DNA of 33,330 bases from an uncultured Ignavibacteriales bacterium (lineage in GTDB: Bacteria; Zixibacteria; MSB-5A5; GN15; JAAZOE01): positions 1-33,330 of the forward strand of contig CAZSYD010000026.1 of assembly GCA_964611355.1 (NCBI GenBank). Direction: 5' to 3'. Position 1 is the first letter of the stretch, and the number at the start of each line of letters is the position of its first letter. Positions 20,283 to 27,667 of this stretch are shown here, one piece after another. Both the position numbers and the translations under genes were made by a program. The notes under the pieces were generated by a model, which saw only the letters and a program-made list of their open reading frames with translations, had not been told where the DNA came from and made no database searches.

Positions 20283-21209
20283 TTATTCTGCCGACTGCGC
20301 CGGATTGTTGATTTCCGCCCAATTGGTCGCTTTATCAACGATCCATTCGGCTATTTTCCGGCCGGGCAACAAACCACGCTCCTCGAAAACCACATTCTCC
20401 CCCGCAAAAAATTCCAATCCGTCTTTTGACGTATGCCCAAGCCAAGCCATCCAACGCCGGGTAAACCCGGCTGCACCGGAGACCATATACAGACCCAGGA
20501 CCAAAACCCGGTCGGATTTATCCCGAGCGCGCCGTATTGCCGGGACGCCTTCGGACAGGAAACCCTGTCCCATTCCGGTAAAAGCATAATCGAAATAGCC
20601 GATCCCTGTTTTGGCGCAAAGACCTGCGCCGACTTCGGTTATCAATGATGTCCAGGCCGGTTCAAACCTGCGGCTTCCGTGAGCCAGTATAACGATCGAT
20701 TCCAAGGAAGGATCAACTGATATCTCTTGAAGGCGGTCGAGCAGGACAGCTTTGATGACCTCGGCGTCAGGGGTCGGGCCGATGGTTATCCTGATATCGG
20801 CGTTTACGATGTCGATCCCTTCCTCTTTCATTTGCTCCACGATATCTTTATCGCCGTATAACCCCAGGATAGTCGGGAGATCATACAGGGTGTGGCTGGA
20901 AGGCGCCACAAACAACGGCAGAACGTAGATTCTGTCGGTTCCGTCTTTTTTCATCTTTGATGTGACCGTTGCAATCGACGGTTCGGCAAACTCCATCAAC
21001 GCCACCCTTATGGAACTGAATAGACCAGGATGCCGTGATTGCATTATTTCGCTTACCTCTTTTTCAAGGTCAAGCACGGCTTGATTCCAGGCGGGGACGG
21101 GCGAACCGTGAGCAACGATGAGAAGCCCTGGTTTTTCTTCCGCGAACAGATTGCCGGTCAGCATCAAAATCGCGATTATTATTCCCGCCGCGGCAGTAAA
21201 CCGTTTCAT
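20283..21209 (-). CDS. Exported CbiX/SirB-like (class II chelatase fold) protein
   Basis: Start at ATG 21209 (GGGGAG SD); signal peptide MKRFTAAAGIIIAILMLTGNLFA; LIVAHGS, ALMEFAEPSI, VLPLFVAPSSH, second VILAHGS. Confidence 0.85.
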   Translation of the reverse strand: MKRFTAAAGIIIAILMLTGNLFAEEKPGLLIVAHGSPVPAWNQAVLDLEKEVSEIMQSRHPGLFSSIRVALMEFAEPSIATVTSKMKKDGTDRIYVLPLFVAPSSHTLYDLPTILGLYGDKDIVEQMKEEGIDIVNADIRITIGPTPDAEVIKAVLLDRLQEISVDPSLESIVILAHGSRRFEPAWTSLITEVGAGLCAKTGIGYFDYAFTGMGQGFLSEGVPAIRRARDKSDRVLVLGLYMVSGAAGFTRRWMAWLGHTSKDGLEFFAGENVVFEERGLLPGRKIAEWIVDKATNWAEINNPAQSAE

Positions 21210-21263
21210 CTTGTTTAACTCCCCCGTGTGACGGATTAAGGTCATAAAGCGTCCAGGTTTCAC

Positions 21264-21300
21264 ATTATTAGGCAACCCTAATAATATTAGGCAGATATAA
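21264..21300. promoter_or_regulatory. DtxR/SirR-type operator (tandem)
   Basis: Perfect ATTATTAGG-caac-CCTAATAAT (core TTAGG-N4-CCTAA) plus imperfect TTAGG-caga-TATAA (21287-21300). Confidence 0.8.
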
Positions 21301-21311
21301 CATCTTGTCAA
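21284..21311 (-). promoter_or_regulatory. Promoter of the metal-uptake operon
   Basis: Minus strand TTGACA-N16-TAATAT, overlapped by the operator. Confidence 0.7.
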
Positions 21312-21378
21312 GCTTTTTTAAATTTTTTATTCCTTGCGCCGGAAACGGGATTGACTAATTCCCGTATCGCAAACCTCT

Positions 21379-21406
21379 TTGATTTTTTAAGACAAATTCG
21401 TAGATT
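21379..21406 (+). promoter_or_regulatory. recX promoter, probably leaderless
   Basis: TTGATT-N16-TAGATT-6 nt-ATG; no SD. Confidence 0.55.
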
Positions 21407-21412
21407 TTTCAC

Positions 21413-22060
21413 ATGGATACCGCGTTGGAAGCTATTACCCTTTTGAGGATAGAAAAAAAAGGACGGCTTTTTCTTTTGAGCTTCTCCAACGGATTTGAGG
21501 TTAAGGCCACGAAGGCCGCCATTGAGGACTTAAATCTCTCCGAAGGTTTGGAATTGGCTCCGGAATCATTCGAAGAGATAAAATCCGTCCTTGAAGGAAA
21601 ATTCGCTTATTACACCGCCGAATCGCTTTTGGCCCGGCGGTCGTTTTCAATCGGCGAATTTGAAGACAGGATGAAGCGGAAAGGTATCGGCGATCATTTT
21701 ATTCGGCGGATAATCAGCGATTTTCAAGCGAAGAACCTCCTTGATGATTACCGTTATGCCGCCGTCAGGGTGCGGACTCTTATGGATCACAAGCCCGCCG
21801 GCCGGAGTTATCTTATTGCGTATCTTCGCAATCGAAAGATTCCTCTGGAAACAGCCAAAGAGGTGGTGAGCGAAGCCCTTGCGCGCGTCAGCGAAATCGA
21901 AATCGCAGCGCGTTTACTCCAGAAAAGGCGCTCTTCTTTTATGAAGTTTGATATTGAAACGGCCCGCCGTAAAGCATATAATTACCTGTCGCGCCGGGGA
22001 ATTTCGTACCGGGCGGCCAGGGAAGCGTTTGAAAACCTGTTTGTAAGACCACGAGATTAG
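21413..22060 (+). CDS. recX: Regulatory protein RecX (long form)
   Basis: LLARRSFS..E, LLDDYRYA, G...L...L..RKI, KAYNYLSRRGIS; upstream of alaS. Confidence 0.88.
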   Translation: MDTALEAITLLRIEKKGRLFLLSFSNGFEVKATKAAIEDLNLSEGLELAPESFEEIKSVLEGKFAYYTAESLLARRSFSIGEFEDRMKRKGIGDHFIRRIISDFQAKNLLDDYRYAAVRVRTLMDHKPAGRSYLIAYLRNRKIPLETAKEVVSEALARVSEIEIAARLLQKRRSSFMKFDIETARRKAYNYLSRRGISYRAAREAFENLFVRPRD

Positions 22061-22075
22061 AAAAAGGCGGCAGCC

Positions 22076-24361
22076 ATCAACAGCGCGGAGATCAGACAGT
22101 CATTTATAGACTTTTACAAAGCACGCGGACACTCGCATCAGATATCTTCGCCGGTTATTCCGCTGGATGATCCCACGCTTCTGTTTGTCAACGCGGGGAT
22201 GAACCAGTTCAAGGATATTTTCACCGGTCGGCGCAGGGTTTCGTACAAGCGTGCGGTAACGGTGCAGAAATGTATTCGCGCCGGCGGGAAGCATAACGAT
22301 CTCGAAAACGTCGGCCAGACGAGCCGCCACCATACTTTTTTCGAAATGCTGGGCAATTTCTCATTCGGCGATTATTTTAAGGAAGAAGCTATTGCCTCCG
22401 CATGGGAATGGATAACGAAGACGCTTGGCCTGCCGCCCAACCGGCTTTATGCAACGGTCTACACCGAAGACGATGACGCCTTTGGACTATGGGAGAAGAT
22501 CGCCCCGGAACTTAAAAACGGGCGGATACTTCGTTTCGGCAAAAAAGATAATTACTGGGCGATGGGTGATGTCGGCCCATGTGGACCGTGTTCGGAGATT
22601 CATTTTGATCGCGGCGAGCATCTTTCAAAAAGTCAACCGGACGCATGGATTAACACCGACAGTGAACGATATGTCGAAATCTGGAATTTAGTCTTTATGC
22701 AGTATAATCAACTGCCCGGTGAAGATGAATTGGTTCCACTGCCGAAACCGTCGGTCGATACCGGAGCGGGGCTGGAACGGATCGCAGCCGTGATGCAAAA
22801 GGTCGATTCCAACTACGAAACCGACTTATTTTTACCGCTGACCGCGCACGTAGCCGATATCACTAGCGTCAAATATGATCCCGGGCGGGAGGGTACCTCG
22901 CATCGGGTCATCGCCGACCATGTGCGAGCTTTATCGTTTGCCCTTGCGGACGGCGGCGGCCTGTCCAATGAAGGTCGGGGATACGTTCTGCGCCGTATCC
23001 TCAGGCGCGCCGCGCGCCATGGCCGCCTGCTCGGATACAAAGAGCCGATTATCTATAAGCTCGTTCCGACACTGATTGACATTATGGGTAAGCATTACGG
23101 CGAGCTCCGCGAAAAGCAGAAGCATATCAAAGAAGTCGTCAAATCGGAAGAAGAACGTTTTAGCGATTTGTTAGATACCGGCCTGGAGCTTTTTTCTATA
23201 CTTGAACAGAAAGTCAAATCTTCCAGCTCCGATACCATCCCCGGCGAGGACATTTTCAAGCTGTATGACACTTATGGCTTCCCGGTTGACATGACGGCGA
23301 TCATGGCCGATGAAGCCGGCTTGAAGATGGACATGGACGGTTTCAATATAGCGATGCAACGACAGCAAGAACAGTCACGGGCGGCGTCNNNNNNNNNNNN
23401 NNNNNNNNNNNNNNNNNNNNNNNNNNNNNNNNNNNNNNNNNNNNNNNNNNNNNNNNNNNNNNNNNNNNNNNNNNNNNNNNNNNNNNNNGTGGAACCCGAC
23501 CGACTGCGATTTGATTTTTCGCATTTTAAGGCTTTAACTCCTGAAGAAATTTCGGCGGTCGTAAAAATCGTCAACGAGAAAATCCTGGCGGCCATTTCTG
23601 TCACCACAGAAACCAAATCGACCGAGGAAGCGATGAAATCCGGCGCAATGGCGTTGTTTGGCGAAAAATACGGCGATGAAGTTCGCGTTGTATCAATCGG
23701 CGATTTTTCCAAAGAATTATGCGGCGGCACTCATGTTACCAACACATCAGAGATAGGGTCATTCTTAATCACCGATGAATCGGCTATCGCCGCAGGCGTG
23801 CGCCGCATAGAAGCGGTTATCGGAAGAAAAGCCGTGGAGTTGAGTCAGTCCGGGCATAAAATACTCAAGAATCTTAGTGCAACGCTCAATGTTCCTGTTG
23901 AGCATGTTGAAGAAAGAGTCGAAAAGCTGTTTCAATCGGATAAAAAGAAGGAAAAAGAAATCAGGAAGCTGAAGGCTGAAAGCGCGCGTATAGCACATAC
24001 TGGTCAGTCAATCTATGAATCTAAAAAGATTGATGAGGTTGATTTATACTCAAAGAATCTCGGCGATACCGATCCGGATTCAATGGCCGGCTGGGCAGAT
24101 AATTTTAAGGGTTATGCTAATCCAACTATTGCTTTTGGTTTTGGTAATATCAATGGGAAAGAGACATTTATGGCAAGCGGGTCGTATGCGACCGTGGAAA
24201 TGGGATTAGACGTAGGGAAAATCTTTGGCGAGATAGCCAGAGAATTCGGCGGTCGAGGGGGTGGGAAGGCGAGTTTTGCCCGAGGTGGTGTAGCCAACGG
24301 AACAACCTTTGAGGAATTCCTGGATAAGGCCATAACGAAAATCAAGGAAGCTCAAACATAA
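22076..24361 (+). CDS. alaS: Alanine-tRNA ligase (interrupted by assembly gap; apparent ATC start)
   Basis: Frame extends 41 codons upstream of ATG 22199 as INSAEIRQSFIDFY..DPTLLFVNAGMNQFK; also HHTFFEMLGNFSFGDYFK, DTGAGLER, ELCGGTHV, GGRGGG. Confidence 0.97.
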   Translation: MNSAEIRQSFIDFYKARGHSHQISSPVIPLDDPTLLFVNAGMNQFKDIFTGRRRVSYKRAVTVQKCIRAGGKHNDLENVGQTSRHHTFFEMLGNFSFGDYFKEEAIASAWEWITKTLGLPPNRLYATVYTEDDDAFGLWEKIAPELKNGRILRFGKKDNYWAMGDVGPCGPCSEIHFDRGEHLSKSQPDAWINTDSERYVEIWNLVFMQYNQLPGEDELVPLPKPSVDTGAGLERIAAVMQKVDSNYETDLFLPLTAHVADITSVKYDPGREGTSHRVIADHVRALSFALADGGGLSNEGRGYVLRRILRRAARHGRLLGYKEPIIYKLVPTLIDIMGKHYGELREKQKHIKEVVKSEEERFSDLLDTGLELFSILEQKVKSSSSDTIPGEDIFKLYDTYGFPVDMTAIMADEAGLKMDMDGFNIAMQRQQEQSRAAXXXXXXXXXXXXXXXXXXXXXXXXXXXXXXXXXXVEPDRLRFDFSHFKALTPEEISAVVKIVNEKILAAISVTTETKSTEEAMKSGAMALFGEKYGDEVRVVSIGDFSKELCGGTHVTNTSEIGSFLITDESAIAAGVRRIEAVIGRKAVELSQSGHKILKNLSATLNVPVEHVEERVEKLFQSDKKKEKEIRKLKAESARIAHTGQSIYESKKIDEVDLYSKNLGDTDPDSMAGWADNFKGYANPTIAFGFGNINGKETFMASGSYATVEMGLDVGKIFGEIAREFGGRGGGKASFARGGVANGTTFEEFLDKAITKIKEAQT
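23389..23488. other. Scaffold gap (100 N placeholder)
   Basis: Run of exactly 100 N within alaS. Confidence 0.99.
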
Positions 24362-24459
24362 ATGGCAGGGATAATGCCGCTGTTTGATTTTTTATTACGC
24401 ATAGTCAAAGGGATGTCGGGTTTTACCGGGATATAATCCCGACAATTGTGGTGAGGGGT

Positions 24460-25218
24460 ATGGAACTGTTTGAAAAGCTTTTGAAAATCAGGGATGATAA
24501 GGGAGCCGTCTTTTGTCTGCTTCTTGATCCCGACCGGGTGGAGCGTAATCGCCTAATCAGCATGGCCGAGGCCGCCGCTTCGTTCGGCGTTGATGCTGTT
24601 CTGGCCGGAAGTTCGTTTGTCACCAGTCATACGTTTGATTCCCGCATGGCTGATATAAAAAGTTCCACTGATCTGCCGGTGATTATTTTCCCCGGCGGTT
24701 CGGGACAGGTATCCAGGCACGCCGATGCTATTCTATTTATGTCTTTGATATCCGGCCGCAACCCGACTTACCTGATCGAGGAACAGGTCAAAGGAGCGCC
24801 TTTGATTAAAGCATACGGGTTGGAACCGATTCCAACCGGTTATATGCTGATCGAATCGGGAACAATGACGTCGGTACAATATGTCTCCGGCACAATGCCA
24901 ATCCCGCGCGATAAGTATGACATTGCTATGGCCCATGCGCTGGCGGCCGGTTATATGGGAATGAAAACAGTTTACCTTGAAGCCGGTTCGGGGTGCGCCA
25001 GGCCGGTGCCGGAGAGTATGATCCGGGCGGTGGCCGAATATGGCAAACTGCCGGTGATTGTCGGCGGCGGGATTCGGCGGCCCGAGGAGGCTTCTTCACG
25101 GGTGGAAGCTGGGGCTTCTTTTATTGTCATTGGAACCCGGCTGGAGTACGAGAACGATTTCAGCTATATGTCCGAGATGGCCGATGCTGTTCATTGCGTA
25201 TCGAAAGCGGCGATTTGA
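24460..25218 (+). CDS. Geranylgeranylglyceryl phosphate synthase family protein (group II-like)
   Basis: LLLDPD, PVIIFPG, ADAILFMSLISGRNP.YLI, PTGYMLIESG, YLEAGSG, VGGGIR; ATG 24460 with GAGGGG SD. Confidence 0.92.
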   Translation: MELFEKLLKIRDDKGAVFCLLLDPDRVERNRLISMAEAAASFGVDAVLAGSSFVTSHTFDSRMADIKSSTDLPVIIFPGGSGQVSRHADAILFMSLISGRNPTYLIEEQVKGAPLIKAYGLEPIPTGYMLIESGTMTSVQYVSGTMPIPRDKYDIAMAHALAAGYMGMKTVYLEAGSGCARPVPESMIRAVAEYGKLPVIVGGGIRRPEEASSRVEAGASFIVIGTRLEYENDFSYMSEMADAVHCVSKAAI

Positions 25219-25226
25219 AATCTAAA

Positions 25227-25826
25227 ATGAAAAAAGCCGAAAAACGAAAAATTCTTATCGATGCTGCCGTCGAAGCGGTCCATGCCAAAACCGGTTTAAT
25301 GGAAAAATCAGGCGATGCCATAATTGATATGGCGGCGGGTCTTGCGCGGGTGATAAAGAAAGGCGGTGCTATTTATCTGGCCGGAAACGGCGGGTCGGCT
25401 GCCGACTGTCAGCATTTTGCCGCCGAACTGGTGGTGCGTCTGACGGGAAAATTCGAACGCCCTTCGCTGCCGGCGGTTTCGCTGACCTCGGACAGCTCCC
25501 TTCTGACCGCCGCCGGAAACGATTACGGCTTTGAAAAGATATTCGCCCGTCAGGTCGAAAGCCTGGTGCGAAAACGCGATATCCTTGTTTTGATCTCCAC
25601 TTCCGGCAATTCCGAAAATCTTATTTCTGCGGCCCGCGCGGCCAAACTAAAAGATATTCCGGTTTATGTGCTTCTCGGAAACCGCGGAGGCAAACTAAAA
25701 AAACATGCCGATAAAGCAATCGTGGTTCCTTCCGATTCGGTTCAGCGTATCCAGGAAGAGCATATTTTCATTATTCATAATCTGGTTCAACTGATGGAAA
25801 AGGATCTGTTTGATGAAGCCGGATAA
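25227..25826 (+). CDS. gmhA: D-sedoheptulose-7-phosphate isomerase (SIS domain)
   Basis: GNGGSAADCQHFAAEL, TAAGNDYG, FARQVE, ISTSGNS, RIQEEH. Start ATG 25227, or TTG 25215 overlapping the GGGPS stop. Confidence 0.93.
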   Translation: MKKAEKRKILIDAAVEAVHAKTGLMEKSGDAIIDMAAGLARVIKKGGAIYLAGNGGSAADCQHFAAELVVRLTGKFERPSLPAVSLTSDSSLLTAAGNDYGFEKIFARQVESLVRKRDILVLISTSGNSENLISAARAAKLKDIPVYVLLGNRGGKLKKHADKAIVVPSDSVQRIQEEHIFIIHNLVQLMEKDLFDEAG

Positions 25827-27039
25827 GGTTTTCCTGATTCTTACCTGGACGGGTCTGGCGGGGTATGCCTTTTTTGCTCCGGCTTCGATCGCCGTTTCTC
25901 AGATTCTGTTCGGTATCGCGGTATTGGGTTTTTTTGGCTATCTGATAACCGACAGCAGCAGGAAAGACCTTGTTTTTCCACCCGTATTGATTCTGTTTAC
26001 CGTGCTGCTTTACGTCGGTTACCGGTTCGCATCAATGATTATAGCCGATTCCGACCTGTTGATGATAAAGGAAGACTGGCTGTTTCTTATGGTTCTGGCG
26101 GGCGGCGTCATGTTTCGGGATATAAAAAACCTTACGCGCGTTCTCGATATTTTTGCTGCAGGTTTAATCCTGATGGGCGGCTACGGAATCTGGCAGCATT
26201 TTGTCGGCGTTGATCTTTACCATAAGGTGCTTCTTGATCGGATGACTTTCGGTTACCGCGTCATCGGCAATTTCTCGACTTACCTGACCTTTTCCGGATT
26301 CTTTGCCGTGGCGGCGATATTTATGGTTCCGATCGCCTTTTCCGCCGGCAGTCGAATACGTAAGTTTTACTATCTGCTGGCATCGCAGATCGGCTTGGTC
26401 TGTATCCTGTTCAACTATTCCCGCTCAACGATAGTCGCCCTGATTGTCGGAGTCATTGTGCTTTTGCTCCTGATTGGCGCCCGGTATCGTCGCTGGGTTT
26501 CGCTGGTTATTCTGCTTACGCTGGCGGTGGGAATGGTAATATCGCCTGACTTCATGAGCCGGTTCAAAAACATGAAAAATGAATTAAGCGCCGGCTATGC
26601 CAATTCCCGGTTGGCTATCTGGGGCGCGACTATATCCATGATTGAGGAAAAGCCTCTCTTTGGCGTGGGGCCGGGTAATTTCCACGATAATTATATCACT
26701 CATCGCCGGAACCGCACCGGCCGAAACCTCTCCCACGCCCATAACGATATCCTGAACGTTGCCGCCGAGTCGGGGATACCATGTGCCGCCCTGTTTATGA
26801 TAATGTGGCTTTTGGTTCTTCTGTATCTATACCGGGGATATAATCGTTGTCCCGACGGTTTCCAAAGGGGGTTGCTTTTGGGGTCGCTGACGGCCTCGCT
26901 CGTATTTCTGGTTATGTCTCAGTTCGAGGCCTCTTTTGCCGATGAAGAAGTCAGGCTTCTGCTTATGTTTGTCTGGGGCATAGGCATGGCGGTACTGGGA
27001 AATCTGAAAGCATCCGAGAGACTGTCGGAAATAGCGTGA
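25813..27039 (+). CDS. O-antigen ligase/Wzy_C family membrane protein
   Basis: Many TM helices; NYSRS, RLAIW, PLFGVGPGNF, HAHNDILNVAAESG. Confidence 0.9.
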   Translation: MKPDKVFLILTWTGLAGYAFFAPASIAVSQILFGIAVLGFFGYLITDSSRKDLVFPPVLILFTVLLYVGYRFASMIIADSDLLMIKEDWLFLMVLAGGVMFRDIKNLTRVLDIFAAGLILMGGYGIWQHFVGVDLYHKVLLDRMTFGYRVIGNFSTYLTFSGFFAVAAIFMVPIAFSAGSRIRKFYYLLASQIGLVCILFNYSRSTIVALIVGVIVLLLLIGARYRRWVSLVILLTLAVGMVISPDFMSRFKNMKNELSAGYANSRLAIWGATISMIEEKPLFGVGPGNFHDNYITHRRNRTGRNLSHAHNDILNVAAESGIPCAALFMIMWLLVLLYLYRGYNRCPDGFQRGLLLGSLTASLVFLVMSQFEASFADEEVRLLLMFVWGIGMAVLGNLKASERLSEIA

Positions 27040-27047
27040 CAATTGGC

Positions 27048-27075
27048 TTGACAGGATTTGGAATCGGCATATATT
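27048..27075 (+). promoter_or_regulatory. sigma70-type promoter for DUF3098 and the tRNAs
   Basis: TTGACA-N16-TATATT, 10 nt before ATG 27086. Confidence 0.65.
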
Positions 27076-27085
27076 GAGACGGCTT

Positions 27086-27310
27086 ATGGCTAAAGGAAAG
27101 AAAAAACCGGAAGATTCGGGCCTGCCTTTCGGGCCCAAAAATTATGCTCTGATGGGCGCGGCCCTGGTTTTTATTATTCTTGGATTCATTTTCCTCGGCT
27201 CGGGGGATATAACGCTAGCCCCGATCCTGCTGGTTCTGGGTTACTGCGTGCTTTTTCCGATCGGTATAATCTGGAAAGACCGGGCGAAAAACGTTGAAAC
27301 GGAGAAATAG
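27086..27310 (+). CDS. DUF3098-like small membrane protein
   Basis: FGPKNYALM...IILGF...ITLAPILLVLGY pattern. Confidence 0.8.
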   Translation: MAKGKKKPEDSGLPFGPKNYALMGAALVFIILGFIFLGSGDITLAPILLVLGYCVLFPIGIIWKDRAKNVETEK

Positions 27311-27351
27311 AGGCGGTCATAAGTCTTAAAAAAGGCGACTGCCCTAATCTT

Positions 27352-27429
27352 GGGCAGTTAGCTCAGCTGGTTTAGAGCACCTGCCTTACACGCAGGGGGT
27401 CACAGGTTCGAATCCTGTACTGCCCACCA
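27352..27429 (+). tRNA. tRNA-Val(TAC)
   Basis: GGGCAGT/ACTGCCC acceptor, CCTGC-cttacac-GCAGG anticodon arm, GGTTCGAATCC, encoded CCA. Confidence 0.97.
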
Positions 27430-27503
27430 TAAAAAGCCGCCGGAAGAGAGATAAAAGCGACGATAATAGAATAAGCATATATAATTCGTTATAGAGTAAT
27501 CGC

Positions 27504-27581
27504 GGGGTTGTAGTTCAGTTTGGCTAGAACGCCTGCCTGTCACGCAGGAGGTCGCGAGTTCGAGTCTCGTCAACCCCGCCA
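27504..27581 (+). tRNA. tRNA-Asp(GTC)
   Basis: GGGGTTG/CAACCCC acceptor, CCTGC-ctgtcac-GCAGG, GTTCGAGTC, G discriminator plus CCA. Confidence 0.97.
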
Positions 27582-27589
27582 TAGACTTT

Positions 27590-27619
27590 AAAAGCCCCGA
27601 AACTGGTCGGGGCTTTTTT
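27590..27619. terminator. Bidirectional terminator after the tRNAs
   Basis: AAAAGCCCCGA-aactgg-TCGGGGCTTTTTT. Confidence 0.9.
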
Positions 27620-27667
27620 ATACAAATGCAATCTTAAGACTACTCGTAACAGCAATGGTATTAGCCG

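Noticed and set aside
21210..21311. Cobalamin riboswitch upstream of the cbiX-like gene
   Set aside because: The leader is only about 70 nt with no B12-box-like sequence; a DtxR-type operator explains the region.
23389..23488. AlaS seems to lack part of the editing domain (no HxxxH motif)
   Set aside because: The missing segment coincides with a 100-N placeholder gap, so it is an assembly artefact; the apparent frame continuity is coincidental.
24993..25226. N-terminal extension of GmhA in the ORF track
   Set aside because: It overlaps GGGPS in another frame; homology starts near 25215-25227.
27400..27582. 60-aa minus-strand ORF
   Set aside because: Antisense of the two tRNAs.
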